This document shows, piece by piece, positions 54,475 to 63,979 of a DNA stretch of 64,000 nt. The notes below the pieces were generated by a model. The model searched no databases. It saw only the letters and a list, made by a program, of their open reading frames with translations, and had not been told where the DNA came from. This DNA is from Acidobacteriaceae bacterium. Its GTDB lineage: Bacteria; Acidobacteriota; Terriglobia; Terriglobales; Acidobacteriaceae. The number at the start of each line of letters is the position of its first letter. Within the stretch, counting starts at the first letter, position 1. The DNA lies in assembly GCA_027306695.1 (NCBI GenBank), contig DAHUZH010000005.1, positions 358-64,357 of the forward strand. The letters run 5' to 3'. The position numbers and the translations under genes are program-made.

Positions 54475-56670
54475 ATGATCTTGCATTACCTTGAAGACCG
54501 CTGGGATACAGAGTTTGCCTCCACATTGAGCGAAGCCGAGCTATTGCGCTATCGCTCAAACCTTCTCGGCTCCGATCTGCGCATCACCAACTACGGTGGC
54601 GGCAACACCAGCGCCAAGCTGATGCAGCCTGACCCTCTCGATGGCACACCAAAACAGGTGCTCTGGGTCAAGGGAAGTGGCGGTGATCTGGAAACGATCT
54701 CGACCAGTGGGTTTGCGACCCTCTATCTGGACAAGTTGCATGGCCTGGAAAACATTTATCGCGGTGTCGCGCAGGAAGATGACATGGTGGCGATGTACCC
54801 GCTCTGCGCCTTTGGTCAGAACACTGTGGCTGCGTCCATCGACACTTCGCTGCATGCTTTTCTGCCCGCGTTGCATGTCGATCATCTTCACCCAGACTGG
54901 GGTATTGCGCTGGCTGCGGCAGCCAACGGGGAACGCCGCATGCAGGAGTTCAATCATCGCTTCGGTCATCGTCTCGTGTGGGTTCCCTGGCAGCGGCCCG
55001 GTTTTGAGCTGGGAATGATGCTCAAGAAAGCCCTTGCTGCCAATCCCGCGTGCGATGGCATTGTGCTTGGCGGTCATGGACTGTTCAGTTGGGGTGAGAC
55101 CTCAGAAAGCTGTTATCGCAACACCCTCCAGTTGATCGATCAGCTTGGCCAGTTCGTACAGGGATTTGTCGATCCGCTGGGCGACCGCATCTTTGGCGGT
55201 GCGATCTACAAAACACACGAAGACCGCGATGAGGTCGCGGCTGATCTGCTGCCATTTTTGCGCGGTAGAATCTCGCGAAACAAGCGCGTCGTCGGCAACT
55301 ACGCCGCTCTGCCGGAAGTACTGCGCTTCGCCGATGCGAAGGACGCTGAAAAGCTGGCGTGGCTGGGCACCAGTTGCCCAGACCACTTCATCCGCACCAA
55401 GATTCGACCGCTGTACGTGCATTGGGACCCGGCAGGCGAACCAAAAGAACTACGTGAACTACTCGACAAGGAACTGGCACAGTACGCGCGGGACTATGCC
55501 GCCTACTATCAGGCGCACGCGGTGAAGGACTCTCCGGCGATGCGCGATCCAAATCCAGCCGTAGTGATCGTTCCCGGTATAGGCATGTTCAGCTTCGGCA
55601 AGAGCAAGACAGAGGCGCGTCTTGCGGGAGAATTTTATGTCAACGCGATCCATGTGATGGAAGGCGCAACGGCACTGGCCGACAACGAACCCGTGAAAGA
55701 GTATCCGCAGGCAGGCCCGGCTGCGCCGTCGGCAGCGTTCCAGTGCCACGCCAACTACGTCGCACTGCCGCCAAGCGAGGCCTTCCGTATCGAATACTGG
55801 GCGCTCGAAGAGGCCAAGATTCGACGCCAGCCTGCGGAAAAACTTCTCAGCCGTCGCATCGCAATGGTCGTTGGTGGAGGCAGCGGAATTGGCCGCGAGG
55901 TCGCGCTGCTCGCAGCCAGAGACGGCGCGTTTATCGTGGTTGCGGACCGCAATCTGGCGGCAGCCGAAACCGTTGCCAGTGACCTGCGCCAGCGTCATGG
56001 CCGCGATGCCGCTCATGCCGCGGCCATCGACATCACCGATAAAAATTCGATTCATACGGCGTTGTCCCTCGTCGTGTTGCTCTGCGGTGGTCTGGACCTT
56101 CTGATCAACACCGCCGCACTTTTTCCCGCATCCGCTGATAACACCGCGTCCACCGAACAGTGGGGCAAGACGCTGGAAGTCAATGTGACGGCCAATTATT
56201 TTCTGGCCGAAGCCGCCGGAAAAATATTTCGCGATCAAGGCCTGGACGCAAGCCTCGTACTGACCAGCTCGGCCAATGCCGTGGTCGCCAAGCGCGGCAG
56301 CGAGGCGTATGACGTCAGCAAGGCGGCCGTCAGCCATCTGATTCGCGAGCTCGCCGTCTCGCTGGCCCCGCTGGTTCGCGTCAACGGCATCAGCCCTGCG
56401 ACGGTCATTCGCGGTTCGACCATGTTTCCCCGTGAGCGCGTCATGGCGTCGCTGACGAAATACAATATTGCGTTCGATGCGACCGCCAGCGACGACGAAT
56501 TACGCAATCTGCTCGCCGAATTTTATGCGCAGCGTACCTTGATGCATCAGCCCATCGACCCCACAGATTGCGCGCGAGCGATTCTCTTTCTTGCTGGCCC
56601 AGATGCGCGCTGCACCACCGGCCACATTGTTCCTGTCGATGGCGGCCTGACCGAGGCCTTTCTGCGGTGA
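54475..56670 (+). CDS. rhaEW: Bifunctional rhamnulose-1-phosphate aldolase / short-chain (lactaldehyde) dehydrogenase, RhaEW-type
   Basis: 'YRSNLLGSDLRITNYGGGNTSAK' opens the class-II-aldolase-like half. The C-terminal SDR has 'MVVGGGSGIGREVA' and 'YDVSKAA' (YxxxK). ATG 54475 has better RBS spacing than the tracked ATG 54463. Confidence 0.85.
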   Translation: MILHYLEDRWDTEFASTLSEAELLRYRSNLLGSDLRITNYGGGNTSAKLMQPDPLDGTPKQVLWVKGSGGDLETISTSGFATLYLDKLHGLENIYRGVAQEDDMVAMYPLCAFGQNTVAASIDTSLHAFLPALHVDHLHPDWGIALAAAANGERRMQEFNHRFGHRLVWVPWQRPGFELGMMLKKALAANPACDGIVLGGHGLFSWGETSESCYRNTLQLIDQLGQFVQGFVDPLGDRIFGGAIYKTHEDRDEVAADLLPFLRGRISRNKRVVGNYAALPEVLRFADAKDAEKLAWLGTSCPDHFIRTKIRPLYVHWDPAGEPKELRELLDKELAQYARDYAAYYQAHAVKDSPAMRDPNPAVVIVPGIGMFSFGKSKTEARLAGEFYVNAIHVMEGATALADNEPVKEYPQAGPAAPSAAFQCHANYVALPPSEAFRIEYWALEEAKIRRQPAEKLLSRRIAMVVGGGSGIGREVALLAARDGAFIVVADRNLAAAETVASDLRQRHGRDAAHAAAIDITDKNSIHTALSLVVLLCGGLDLLINTAALFPASADNTASTEQWGKTLEVNVTANYFLAEAAGKIFRDQGLDASLVLTSSANAVVAKRGSEAYDVSKAAVSHLIRELAVSLAPLVRVNGISPATVIRGSTMFPRERVMASLTKYNIAFDATASDDELRNLLAEFYAQRTLMHQPIDPTDCARAILFLAGPDARCTTGHIVPVDGGLTEAFLR

Positions 56671-58163
56671 GATACCCGGCAGATCGCCGTGCACTGGTCG
56701 CCGTCGATCTTGGCGCGCAAAGTTGCCGTGTGTCATTGCTGCGCTGGACCGCAGACGGCCCGCATATGCAGCTCGTCCATCGCATCCCGAATGCGCCTGT
56801 CCTGCGTGACGGTCAACTGCGCTGGGACCTTTCCATGATCTGTGCAGGGGCGGACGAAGGCCTGCGGCGCTGCGCTGAAATTGCCAACGAAGGTATCGCC
56901 GCCGTCGGTGTCACCGGCTGGGCCGTTGATTATGTTCGCCTCGACGAAGCTGGCCGACCCATTGCCGACCCCTTCTGCTATCGCGACACCCGCACCGTAG
57001 CAGCCATGGAAGCGGTGCATCGGCGTATCTCGCCGGAACGCCTCTACGCGCTGACCGGTATTCAGATGCTGCCGCTCAATACGCTATATCAGCTCTATGC
57101 CGACAGCCCGGCAGCCATACCCCGGCATTTGCGCTGGCTCAATCTACCCGAATACATGCTCTATCGCTGGGGAGCGCGAGCGGTTGCCGAGCACACCAAT
57201 GCCACGCATACCGCGATGGTCGCCTCCGGCACTATGCGCTGGTGCGATGAAATCTTTACGGCAACCGGCCTCGATCCATCGGCTGCGCCAGAGATCGTCG
57301 CTTCCGGCTCCATCGTGGGCCGTCTGCAGGGAGCGCTCAGCAAGTTGCCCGCACTGCGGGATGCAGTATTGATTGCTCCCGCCTGCCACGATACAGCCTC
57401 GGCCATTGCAGGTATTCCCGCCGAGGGCGACGATTGGGCGTACATCAGCTCCGGTACCTGGTCGCTCGTCGGCACCGTGTTGCGTCAGCCCTGTATCGAC
57501 CAGGAATCTGCACGGCTCAACTTCACCAACGAAGGCGGAGCTGGCGGCAACATCTGCTTTCTACGCAACGTGAATGGGCTGTGGCTGCTCCAGCAATGCA
57601 TCGAAAACTGGAATGAGACAGATGAGAAGTGGACTGCGGAAATGCTCATGAATGCGGCGGCAATACTTCCAGTTCCGCAATACTTACTCGATGTCGATGA
57701 CCCCGATCTGCTCGCACCGGGAAAGATGCCGGAAAGAATAGTGGCACAGCTTGTGCAGCGGCATGGCCACATTCCACCAGAGCTTTTGCAATCTCCGCCT
57801 GCGATGACCAGTCTGATTCTGCACAGCCTGGCCGCGCGTTATGCGACTGTTCTCAATCAGACGGAGACGCTGACGGGAAAACATTTCAAACAGTTATATA
57901 TTGTGGGCGGCGGCAGCAAAAATATTTTGCTCAACAAGCTGACCGAGCAGGCAACAGGACTGAAGGTGATCTGCGGCTCGGTCGAAAGTTCAACACTCGG
58001 CAACTTTGCTGTGCAACTGGCCGCTCTTGAGGAGCGCCTGGCAAGCCCGGCAGTCATCACTCACTGGGCACACGCTCTTGCTGTGCCGTCCGCACACACA
58101 CAGCCCGCGTCGCCTGTTTCTCAATCAGCCGCCGTGCACCCCATCGAGGAAGGTCGCCCATGA
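56667..58163 (+). CDS. rhaB: Rhamnulokinase (FGGY carbohydrate kinase)
   Basis: 'LVAVDLGAQSCRVSLL', 'VGVTGWAVDYVRLDEAGRPIADPFCYRDTRT', 'YISSGTWSLVG' and 'LYIVGGGSKN'. In-frame GTG 56667 overlaps the upstream TGA (GTGA). The tracked ORF start at 56568 lies inside rhaEW. Confidence 0.85.
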   Translation: MRYPADRRALVAVDLGAQSCRVSLLRWTADGPHMQLVHRIPNAPVLRDGQLRWDLSMICAGADEGLRRCAEIANEGIAAVGVTGWAVDYVRLDEAGRPIADPFCYRDTRTVAAMEAVHRRISPERLYALTGIQMLPLNTLYQLYADSPAAIPRHLRWLNLPEYMLYRWGARAVAEHTNATHTAMVASGTMRWCDEIFTATGLDPSAAPEIVASGSIVGRLQGALSKLPALRDAVLIAPACHDTASAIAGIPAEGDDWAYISSGTWSLVGTVLRQPCIDQESARLNFTNEGGAGGNICFLRNVNGLWLLQQCIENWNETDEKWTAEMLMNAAAILPVPQYLLDVDDPDLLAPGKMPERIVAQLVQRHGHIPPELLQSPPAMTSLILHSLAARYATVLNQTETLTGKHFKQLYIVGGGSKNILLNKLTEQATGLKVICGSVESSTLGNFAVQLAALEERLASPAVITHWAHALAVPSAHTQPASPVSQSAAVHPIEEGRP

Positions 58164-59368
58164 ACGTCAATCACGATGCACCCATACCCGAGCAACAACA
58201 TATCTGGAAGCACCTCGACCGCTTCGCCATCGAGGTCCCATCCTGGGGATTTGCCAACACCGGCACGCGCTTTGGCAAGTATCTACAGCCTGCTGCCGCG
58301 CATACACTGGAAGAGAAATTCGCAGACGCCGCTCAAGTCCATCGGCTCACTGGCGCCAGCCCCAGCATTGCCTTGCATATCCTGTGGGACTTTCCCAATG
58401 GAATAAAAGATGTTGCAAAGGTCCGAGAGCTTAGCCAGCAGTATGGCGTCCGCGCAGGGGCCATCAATCCGAATCTGTTCGAGAGCCAGATCTACAAATT
58501 CGGTTCCTTCGGCAACCCTGATCCAAAGGTCCGCAAGTACGCGCTTGACCATGTTCTCGAATCCGTCGCCATCGCGCGGGAGCTGGGCAATGTCGATCTC
58601 TCGTTATGGTTCGCCGATGGATCGAACTACCCAGGCACACAAAATATCCGCCATCGCATCGACTGGTTCACCGAATGCCTGGCAAAGACGCATGACGCGC
58701 TCGCACCGGGCCAGCGCATGCTGGTCGAATACAAACCCTTCGAGCCGGCCTTCTACCACACCGATATTGCCGACTGGGGCATGGCGCTCCTGTTCGCGCG
58801 CGCGGCTGGCCCACAGGCCCTCGTGCTGGTCGATACCGGCCACCATTATCAGGCGCAAAATATCGAACAGATACTCGCCTGGCTGCAGCATCAACAGATG
58901 CTCGGTGGCTTGCACTTCAACGACCGTCGCTATGCGGACGACGATCTTACCCTCGGCTCCATCGACCCCTACCAGGCATTCCGCATCTTCCACGAAATAC
59001 AGTTCTACCAGTGGGAGCACCCCGAAGCGACCGCTCCTGCCTATGTCATCGACCAGAGCCACAACATGAAAAATAAGATCGAAGCCATGGTGCAGACTGT
59101 GCTCACCGCACAAGAACTTTACGCCAAAGCATGTCTCGTCGATTATGCGCAACTCGCAACGTTACAGCAGGAGTGCCGCCTGGTCGAAGCTGAAGAGTGC
59201 CTTCGGTCTGCCTTCTGGACCGACGTGCGACCCACATTGCGCGCCTGGAGACAAGCCCACGGCCTGCCCGAAGAGCCACTCCTGGCACTGCACAATAGCG
59301 GTTACATCGAACAGATCTCAAAAGAACGTTGCAGCAAAAATCAGGCGGCTGCTTCCAGCTATGTCTGA
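58160..59368 (+). CDS. rhaI: L-rhamnose isomerase, RhaI type (TIM-barrel, Pseudomonas stutzeri-like; not RhaA)
   Basis: 'VPSWGFANTGTRFGKY', 'LWFADGSNYPGTQN', 'YKPFEPAFYHT', 'LVDTGHH', 'GGLHFNDRRYADDDLTLGS' and 'VIDQSHN' are collinear with P. stutzeri L-RhI as recalled. ATGA overlap with rhaB. Confidence 0.88.
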   Translation: MNVNHDAPIPEQQHIWKHLDRFAIEVPSWGFANTGTRFGKYLQPAAAHTLEEKFADAAQVHRLTGASPSIALHILWDFPNGIKDVAKVRELSQQYGVRAGAINPNLFESQIYKFGSFGNPDPKVRKYALDHVLESVAIARELGNVDLSLWFADGSNYPGTQNIRHRIDWFTECLAKTHDALAPGQRMLVEYKPFEPAFYHTDIADWGMALLFARAAGPQALVLVDTGHHYQAQNIEQILAWLQHQQMLGGLHFNDRRYADDDLTLGSIDPYQAFRIFHEIQFYQWEHPEATAPAYVIDQSHNMKNKIEAMVQTVLTAQELYAKACLVDYAQLATLQQECRLVEAEECLRSAFWTDVRPTLRAWRQAHGLPEEPLLALHNSGYIEQISKERCSKNQAAASSYV

Positions 59369-59394
59369 CGCTGGGATGTGAGACATCTGTCTGA

Positions 59395-60798
59395 GTGCGC
59401 TGGAGTGTTGCGGCCTTATCTGAAGATGCCCCGACGGTTTTGACTGTCTTCGCTTCGGGCATCGCCGGTTCGGTTATCTGGCTCGGCGCGTGTTTTCTAT
59501 ATGGAGGCAGTTTGGGCGCAAATCCCTTCCTTGGTGTCATATTTCATTGGCTTGGTGGACTGGCCTCTGCAAGTTGCTACCTGCCATTTCGCGGCATCCG
59601 GCGCTGGTCCTGGGAGACTTATTGGCTGCTGCAAGGCGTGTTCAGTTGGATACTCGCTCCCATTCTGATCGCAGCCGCGCTGGTGCCGGATCTCTTCGTC
59701 ATTCTCCACGCCGCCCCTGTATCGAGTGTTTTCTTTTCCTATTTCTGGGGTTTTATGTGGGGCTTTGGTGCGCTCACCTTCGGACTTTCTATTCGGTATC
59801 TCGGCATCGCCCTCGGTTATCCGATTGCACTCGGTCTCTGCACAGTCTTCGGGACCCTGATGCCGCCGATTTTTCGCGGTGAAATCGGAACGATCCTCCA
59901 TCAGACTTCTGGGCAGTTTATTTTGTTCGGCATCGGTATCTGCGTCCTTGGCATCGTCTTCAGCGGACTCGCCGGAAGATCCAAGGAACAGGAACTCTCC
60001 GAGGAGGAAAAAAAGAAAACCGTTGAGGAGTTTCACTACGGCAAAGGTCTGGCTGTGTCCATTTTTGCCGGCGTGATGAGCGCCTGCTTTGCCTATGGCC
60101 TCGCAGCCGGAAAGCCCATTGCGCAGATCGCGCAAACCAGGCTTGCGCTTGAACATCGCTCCGACCTGTGGCAGAACCTGCCTGTCCTGGTGGTTGTGTT
60201 GTTGGGCGGGTTCACCACGAATTTTTTCTGGTGCCTGATTTTATTGGTGCGCAACCGCTCTGCCAATCAGTACCTCGGCACCCCGGCGCAGACGGACGCT
60301 CCAATCGATGCTCCATCCGACGCGGCCTCCGCCGTGCCGCCTCCGATCCAGGAGGAATTCCATCAGCACCGTGACGCATCGCGTTCCTCATGTCCCGCAA
60401 AGCTGTCAGCGGTCATGCTGACGATCAACTATCTTTTCGCTGCTGCAGCAGGCGTCATCTGGTATTTTCAGTTTTTTTTCTACAGCATGGGCCAGACCAA
60501 GATGGGGAAGTACGATTTCTCCAGTTGGACGCTGCACATGGCCAGCATCATCATCTTCTCCACTCTCTGGGGCATCGCCATCCATGAGTGGCGTGGCACC
60601 AGCTTTCGTACGCGTAGCCTGGTCGCTATTGGGCTTGCGCTTCTGGTGGCCTCGACCCTCGTCGTCGGCTATGGAAATTATTTGCAGGCGAGCGGCAGTT
60701 CGCATACCAGTGCGGCTTCCGGCCTACAGCAAAACCTGGACATGACGCGGAATTTGAGCGCGTCTGCCCGAAACCACCACCAGGGATTCGAGTCTTAA
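59395..60798 (+). CDS. rhaT: L-rhamnose/H+ symporter (RhaT family)
   Basis: 'GVIFHWLGGLASASCYLPFRGIRRWSWETYWLLQGVFSWILAPIL' matches the RhaT N-terminus. Start is ambiguous: GTG 59395, TTG 59440, or TTG 59512 (GGAGG 4 nt upstream). Confidence 0.85.
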   Translation: MRWSVAALSEDAPTVLTVFASGIAGSVIWLGACFLYGGSLGANPFLGVIFHWLGGLASASCYLPFRGIRRWSWETYWLLQGVFSWILAPILIAAALVPDLFVILHAAPVSSVFFSYFWGFMWGFGALTFGLSIRYLGIALGYPIALGLCTVFGTLMPPIFRGEIGTILHQTSGQFILFGIGICVLGIVFSGLAGRSKEQELSEEEKKKTVEEFHYGKGLAVSIFAGVMSACFAYGLAAGKPIAQIAQTRLALEHRSDLWQNLPVLVVVLLGGFTTNFFWCLILLVRNRSANQYLGTPAQTDAPIDAPSDAASAVPPPIQEEFHQHRDASRSSCPAKLSAVMLTINYLFAAAAGVIWYFQFFFYSMGQTKMGKYDFSSWTLHMASIIIFSTLWGIAIHEWRGTSFRTRSLVAIGLALLVASTLVVGYGNYLQASGSSHTSAASGLQQNLDMTRNLSASARNHHQGFES

Positions 60799-60839
60799 GT
60801 TTTTTCACATTGAGTTTTGAAAACGGAGAGGATGAATCT

Positions 60840-61160
60840 GTGCAACGCATATGCTTCGTGCTTCAGGTTCGGCCAGAAAAAATTGAAGAATACCGGGAAC
60901 GTCACGCGTCCGTTTGGCCATCCATGCTTGAGGCGTTGCGAAACTCCGGCTGGGAAAATTACTCCCTATTTTTACAGCCGGACGGCCTGTTGGTGGGCTA
61001 TTTTGAAACCGAAGATATTAGGGTGTCCCAACAGAAGATGCATGCTGTTTCAGTAAACGCCCAATGGCAGATGGAGATGGCGCCGTATTTTGAAAAATTG
61101 GGAGAGATTACCCCAGATCGCAGCATGGTCCCGCTCGCAGAGATATTCCATCTGGATTGA
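60840..61160 (+). CDS. rhaM: L-rhamnose mutarotase
   Basis: 'QRICFVLQVRPEKIEEYRERHASVWPSMLEALRNSGWENYSLFLQPDGLLVGYFE' matches RhaM/YiiL. GTG 60840 is preceded by GGAGAGGA; the tracked ORF begins at TTG 60810. Confidence 0.85.
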   Translation: MQRICFVLQVRPEKIEEYRERHASVWPSMLEALRNSGWENYSLFLQPDGLLVGYFETEDIRVSQQKMHAVSVNAQWQMEMAPYFEKLGEITPDRSMVPLAEIFHLD

Positions 61161-61307
61161 ATCAGGTCTTAGGTGGCGACCCTCTTCCGGTGATTGTATT
61201 GCTAATTGGAAATAGTTTCCTTATCGTATTATTGCTTTTGCCCAATGCGATCGCTGACTGGCGCATCAATTGTGTAACGTAGATTGTCTAGAGTTTGTGG
61301 AGGTAAC

Positions 61308-63848
61308 GTGAAGTTTCCCAACACCGCAACAACCGTTCTTGTGGGCATAATGCTGACTCCCTGTCTATTGGCACAACGTGCTCCGCAGGGCCCAACTACT
61401 ATCCCTGACAATCAATTGGATCCGGCTCGGCAAATGGCTGTCAGTATGAGGTTGGAATCCGACACCCATGCGCCATTGCCGGAGCAATATATCTGGACTA
61501 AGGAGGATGAGGTCCCAGTAAATCCCGCGACTGGCGAGGGATGGGTACATGGTGCGAATCAAGAGCTTGGCAGTCACTTTTTTCGGCACAGCTTCCAACT
61601 TGCATCGCCGCCACGACATGCAACGCTCTATGTGGCCGGGCCAAGGTCTGCGACAATTTACATCAATGGCCAGGAAGTCGATACCTTCCAGGCCAATCTC
61701 GATATACCGCTGGGCATCCGCGTTTTCTCCTGTGACGTTGGCCATTTTCTGCACAAGGGCCGAAATATTCTGGCCATCGAAGCGGTACGTGGGCCGGAGG
61801 TGGGCAATGACGCGGATGATAATCGAAGCCTCCAGCTAACAAGGGGCAAAGTTCTGCTCGTCAAGATCGTGCCTGCAGAGCTGGGAGTTGTCGCCCCGCC
61901 TCTGCTCATCAGCGATGCGCATTGGAAAGCTTCGATGCATCGAGCATCTGGATGGGAAAATGCCGGGTTCAACGACAGCTCCTGGGCAGCCGCAGACAGC
62001 CTTGGCAGCCCTGACAGTTCCATCAATTTTCTGCAATGGAACGCGGATGCGGGCCTTTACAACTGGCCCGGCTACGATGGCATCTCTCCTTTCCTTGAGC
62101 AATACACTCTTCCAGCCATGAGCGTTCGCGATGTTTATAACGGCGCAGGGCAAATTTACCATGCGGGTGCGCTGACAGATAAGAATGTCGTGGATATACA
62201 AAATGAATTCCGCGTGCAGATGCCCAGCGTCGAACCCAATCGAGAAACCGAGCCACAAATCCTGCTCGACTTTGGGCGAGAAGTGGATGGCCGATTGGCC
62301 ATTCGTTCCGACTCCGACCAGCCTAGCGATGTAACTATCCAGTACGGCGAATCCGAGCCGGAAGCACTCCACAATCCCTACCTCGGCATCGATCCCTTGC
62401 ATATCGCCGCACACGCAACCGCCTACGGACCAAAGAGCGCATTTCGCTACGCGCTTGTACGTTTCACTGGTGGGAAGGACATACGCTACAAGTCCATCCA
62501 ATTGGCGGGAATTAATTATCCCGTCACCTACCGCGGATTTTTTGAATCTTCGGATCCCAAGCTCAATCGGATGTGGACAATCGGCGCCTACACGGCGCAT
62601 CTCTGTATGCAGGACGACATTTGGGATGCGCCGAAACGCGATCGCGGACGCTGGATGGGCGACCTTGATGTGAGTGGGCGGACCATTGAAGATGCCTTCA
62701 ACGACCACTTTCTTATGGAGGACACACTCAACCGGCTCATGGGAAACTCTCCCATCAAGAAGAACGTAAATGGAATTGCCGGCTACTCCGCTTTCTGGAT
62801 CACGGGAGAGGCCGAATACTACCGGCATACCGGGTCGAAGCAGCAGCTTGCAGCCTTCCACGATCGACTGATTCAGTTGATGCAATACATGGAGACGGAG
62901 CTGGACAGCCGCAATCTCTACGCAAACCGGGCGCATTCATGGCCCTTTGTGGATTGGTCGCCTGAATTAAATGGAGATACGCCGGAAGCGCGCCGCGCGA
63001 CACAGATGGAATTCTATGCGGCATTCGAGCAGGGTGTATACCTGCTCAACCAGATGGGCGATACCAGCAATGCGCAGATATTCCAGCAGCGTGCGATGCA
63101 GATGAAAGCAGCGGCGCAGCGCTATCTTCTGGACACCTCGACTGGCTCCTTTGGCCCGCGCTGGCAGACCAACGCGATGGCCGTCTTATCGGGTGTCGCA
63201 GATCCATCCCAGTACGACGCCATCTGGAAATCTTCCCTCGCGAGTGTAGGCCACATTCAATACAACGCCCTGATTGTTACGCCCTACTATAACTACTACG
63301 TCATCAGTGCAATGGCGGAGATGGGCCACCGGCAGGCTGCTCTGAACTGGATTCGGCAATACTGGGGTGGCATGGTCGATGAGGGCGCCACCAGTTTTTG
63401 GGAGGGCTACGACCCCGCCTGGTACAAGGGCAATTTCCATGCATCGCTGCAGGCCGACAATATGTCCGGTTATCGCGTCAGCCTGGCCCATGGCTGGTCG
63501 ACGGGCGTAATGCCCTGGCTGATGGAACAGGTCCTCGGCATCCATGCAACTGGACCGGGCTTTTCCACGGTGGACATTCGACCCGATCTGGTCGATCTCC
63601 TGTGGGCCAAAGGTGGAGAGCCGACCCCGCGTGGCATGTTGAATGTGAACATTCGTATGAATGCCGGAACGGAAACAATCCTCGACCTACCACCGGATAC
63701 ACAAGCGAGTATTTACCTCCCAGTGTCGAGCCAGAGCGCAACTATTACGGTAAATGGGCAAGCGCAATCGAGCACGTCTGCGGAGGGGGGAAGCCGCGCC
63801 ATGATTACAATCTCCAAATCTGGCCACTACGTGATTCATGCACAATAA
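61308..63848 (+). CDS. Exported alpha-L-rhamnosidase-like glycoside hydrolase (GH78-like, six-hairpin catalytic domain)
   Basis: GTG 61308 (GGAGG 4 nt upstream) gives the signal peptide VKFPNTATTVLVGIMLTPCLLAQ. 'ATLYVAGPRSATIYINGQEV' is the rhamnosidase N-terminal-type module. 'DIWDAPKRDRGRWMGDLDV' and 'TSFWEGYDP...SLAHGWSTGVMPWL' resemble GH78 (alpha/alpha)6 motifs. The rhamnose-operon context supports the call. Confidence 0.65.
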   Translation: MKFPNTATTVLVGIMLTPCLLAQRAPQGPTTIPDNQLDPARQMAVSMRLESDTHAPLPEQYIWTKEDEVPVNPATGEGWVHGANQELGSHFFRHSFQLASPPRHATLYVAGPRSATIYINGQEVDTFQANLDIPLGIRVFSCDVGHFLHKGRNILAIEAVRGPEVGNDADDNRSLQLTRGKVLLVKIVPAELGVVAPPLLISDAHWKASMHRASGWENAGFNDSSWAAADSLGSPDSSINFLQWNADAGLYNWPGYDGISPFLEQYTLPAMSVRDVYNGAGQIYHAGALTDKNVVDIQNEFRVQMPSVEPNRETEPQILLDFGREVDGRLAIRSDSDQPSDVTIQYGESEPEALHNPYLGIDPLHIAAHATAYGPKSAFRYALVRFTGGKDIRYKSIQLAGINYPVTYRGFFESSDPKLNRMWTIGAYTAHLCMQDDIWDAPKRDRGRWMGDLDVSGRTIEDAFNDHFLMEDTLNRLMGNSPIKKNVNGIAGYSAFWITGEAEYYRHTGSKQQLAAFHDRLIQLMQYMETELDSRNLYANRAHSWPFVDWSPELNGDTPEARRATQMEFYAAFEQGVYLLNQMGDTSNAQIFQQRAMQMKAAAQRYLLDTSTGSFGPRWQTNAMAVLSGVADPSQYDAIWKSSLASVGHIQYNALIVTPYYNYYVISAMAEMGHRQAALNWIRQYWGGMVDEGATSFWEGYDPAWYKGNFHASLQADNMSGYRVSLAHGWSTGVMPWLMEQVLGIHATGPGFSTVDIRPDLVDLLWAKGGEPTPRGMLNVNIRMNAGTETILDLPPDTQASIYLPVSSQSATITVNGQAQSSTSAEGGSRAMITISKSGHYVIHAQ

Positions 63849-63979
63849 CAATGAAGTATCGTGAAAAGAGTGTCGCCGAGTGACTTGCCACGATATACAT
63901 GGCACGTAGAATTATGCGCAATTCATCAAGATAAATCAGAACAAATTTACAGATACTGTAAATAAGAAAATAGAGGGGA

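Noticed and set aside
60781-60800. tRNA T-loop-like string gggattcgagtc
   Set aside because: The flanks cannot form a T-stem or acceptor stem, and it lies inside the rhaT coding sequence. I saw no tRNA, rRNA or CRISPR repeats anywhere in the window.
61836-62936. 366-aa ORF antisense to the rhamnosidase-like gene, the longest antisense ORF in the window
   Set aside because: It has no motifs or signal, and its composition mirrors the sense gene. The sense ORF has family motifs, an RBS and operon context.
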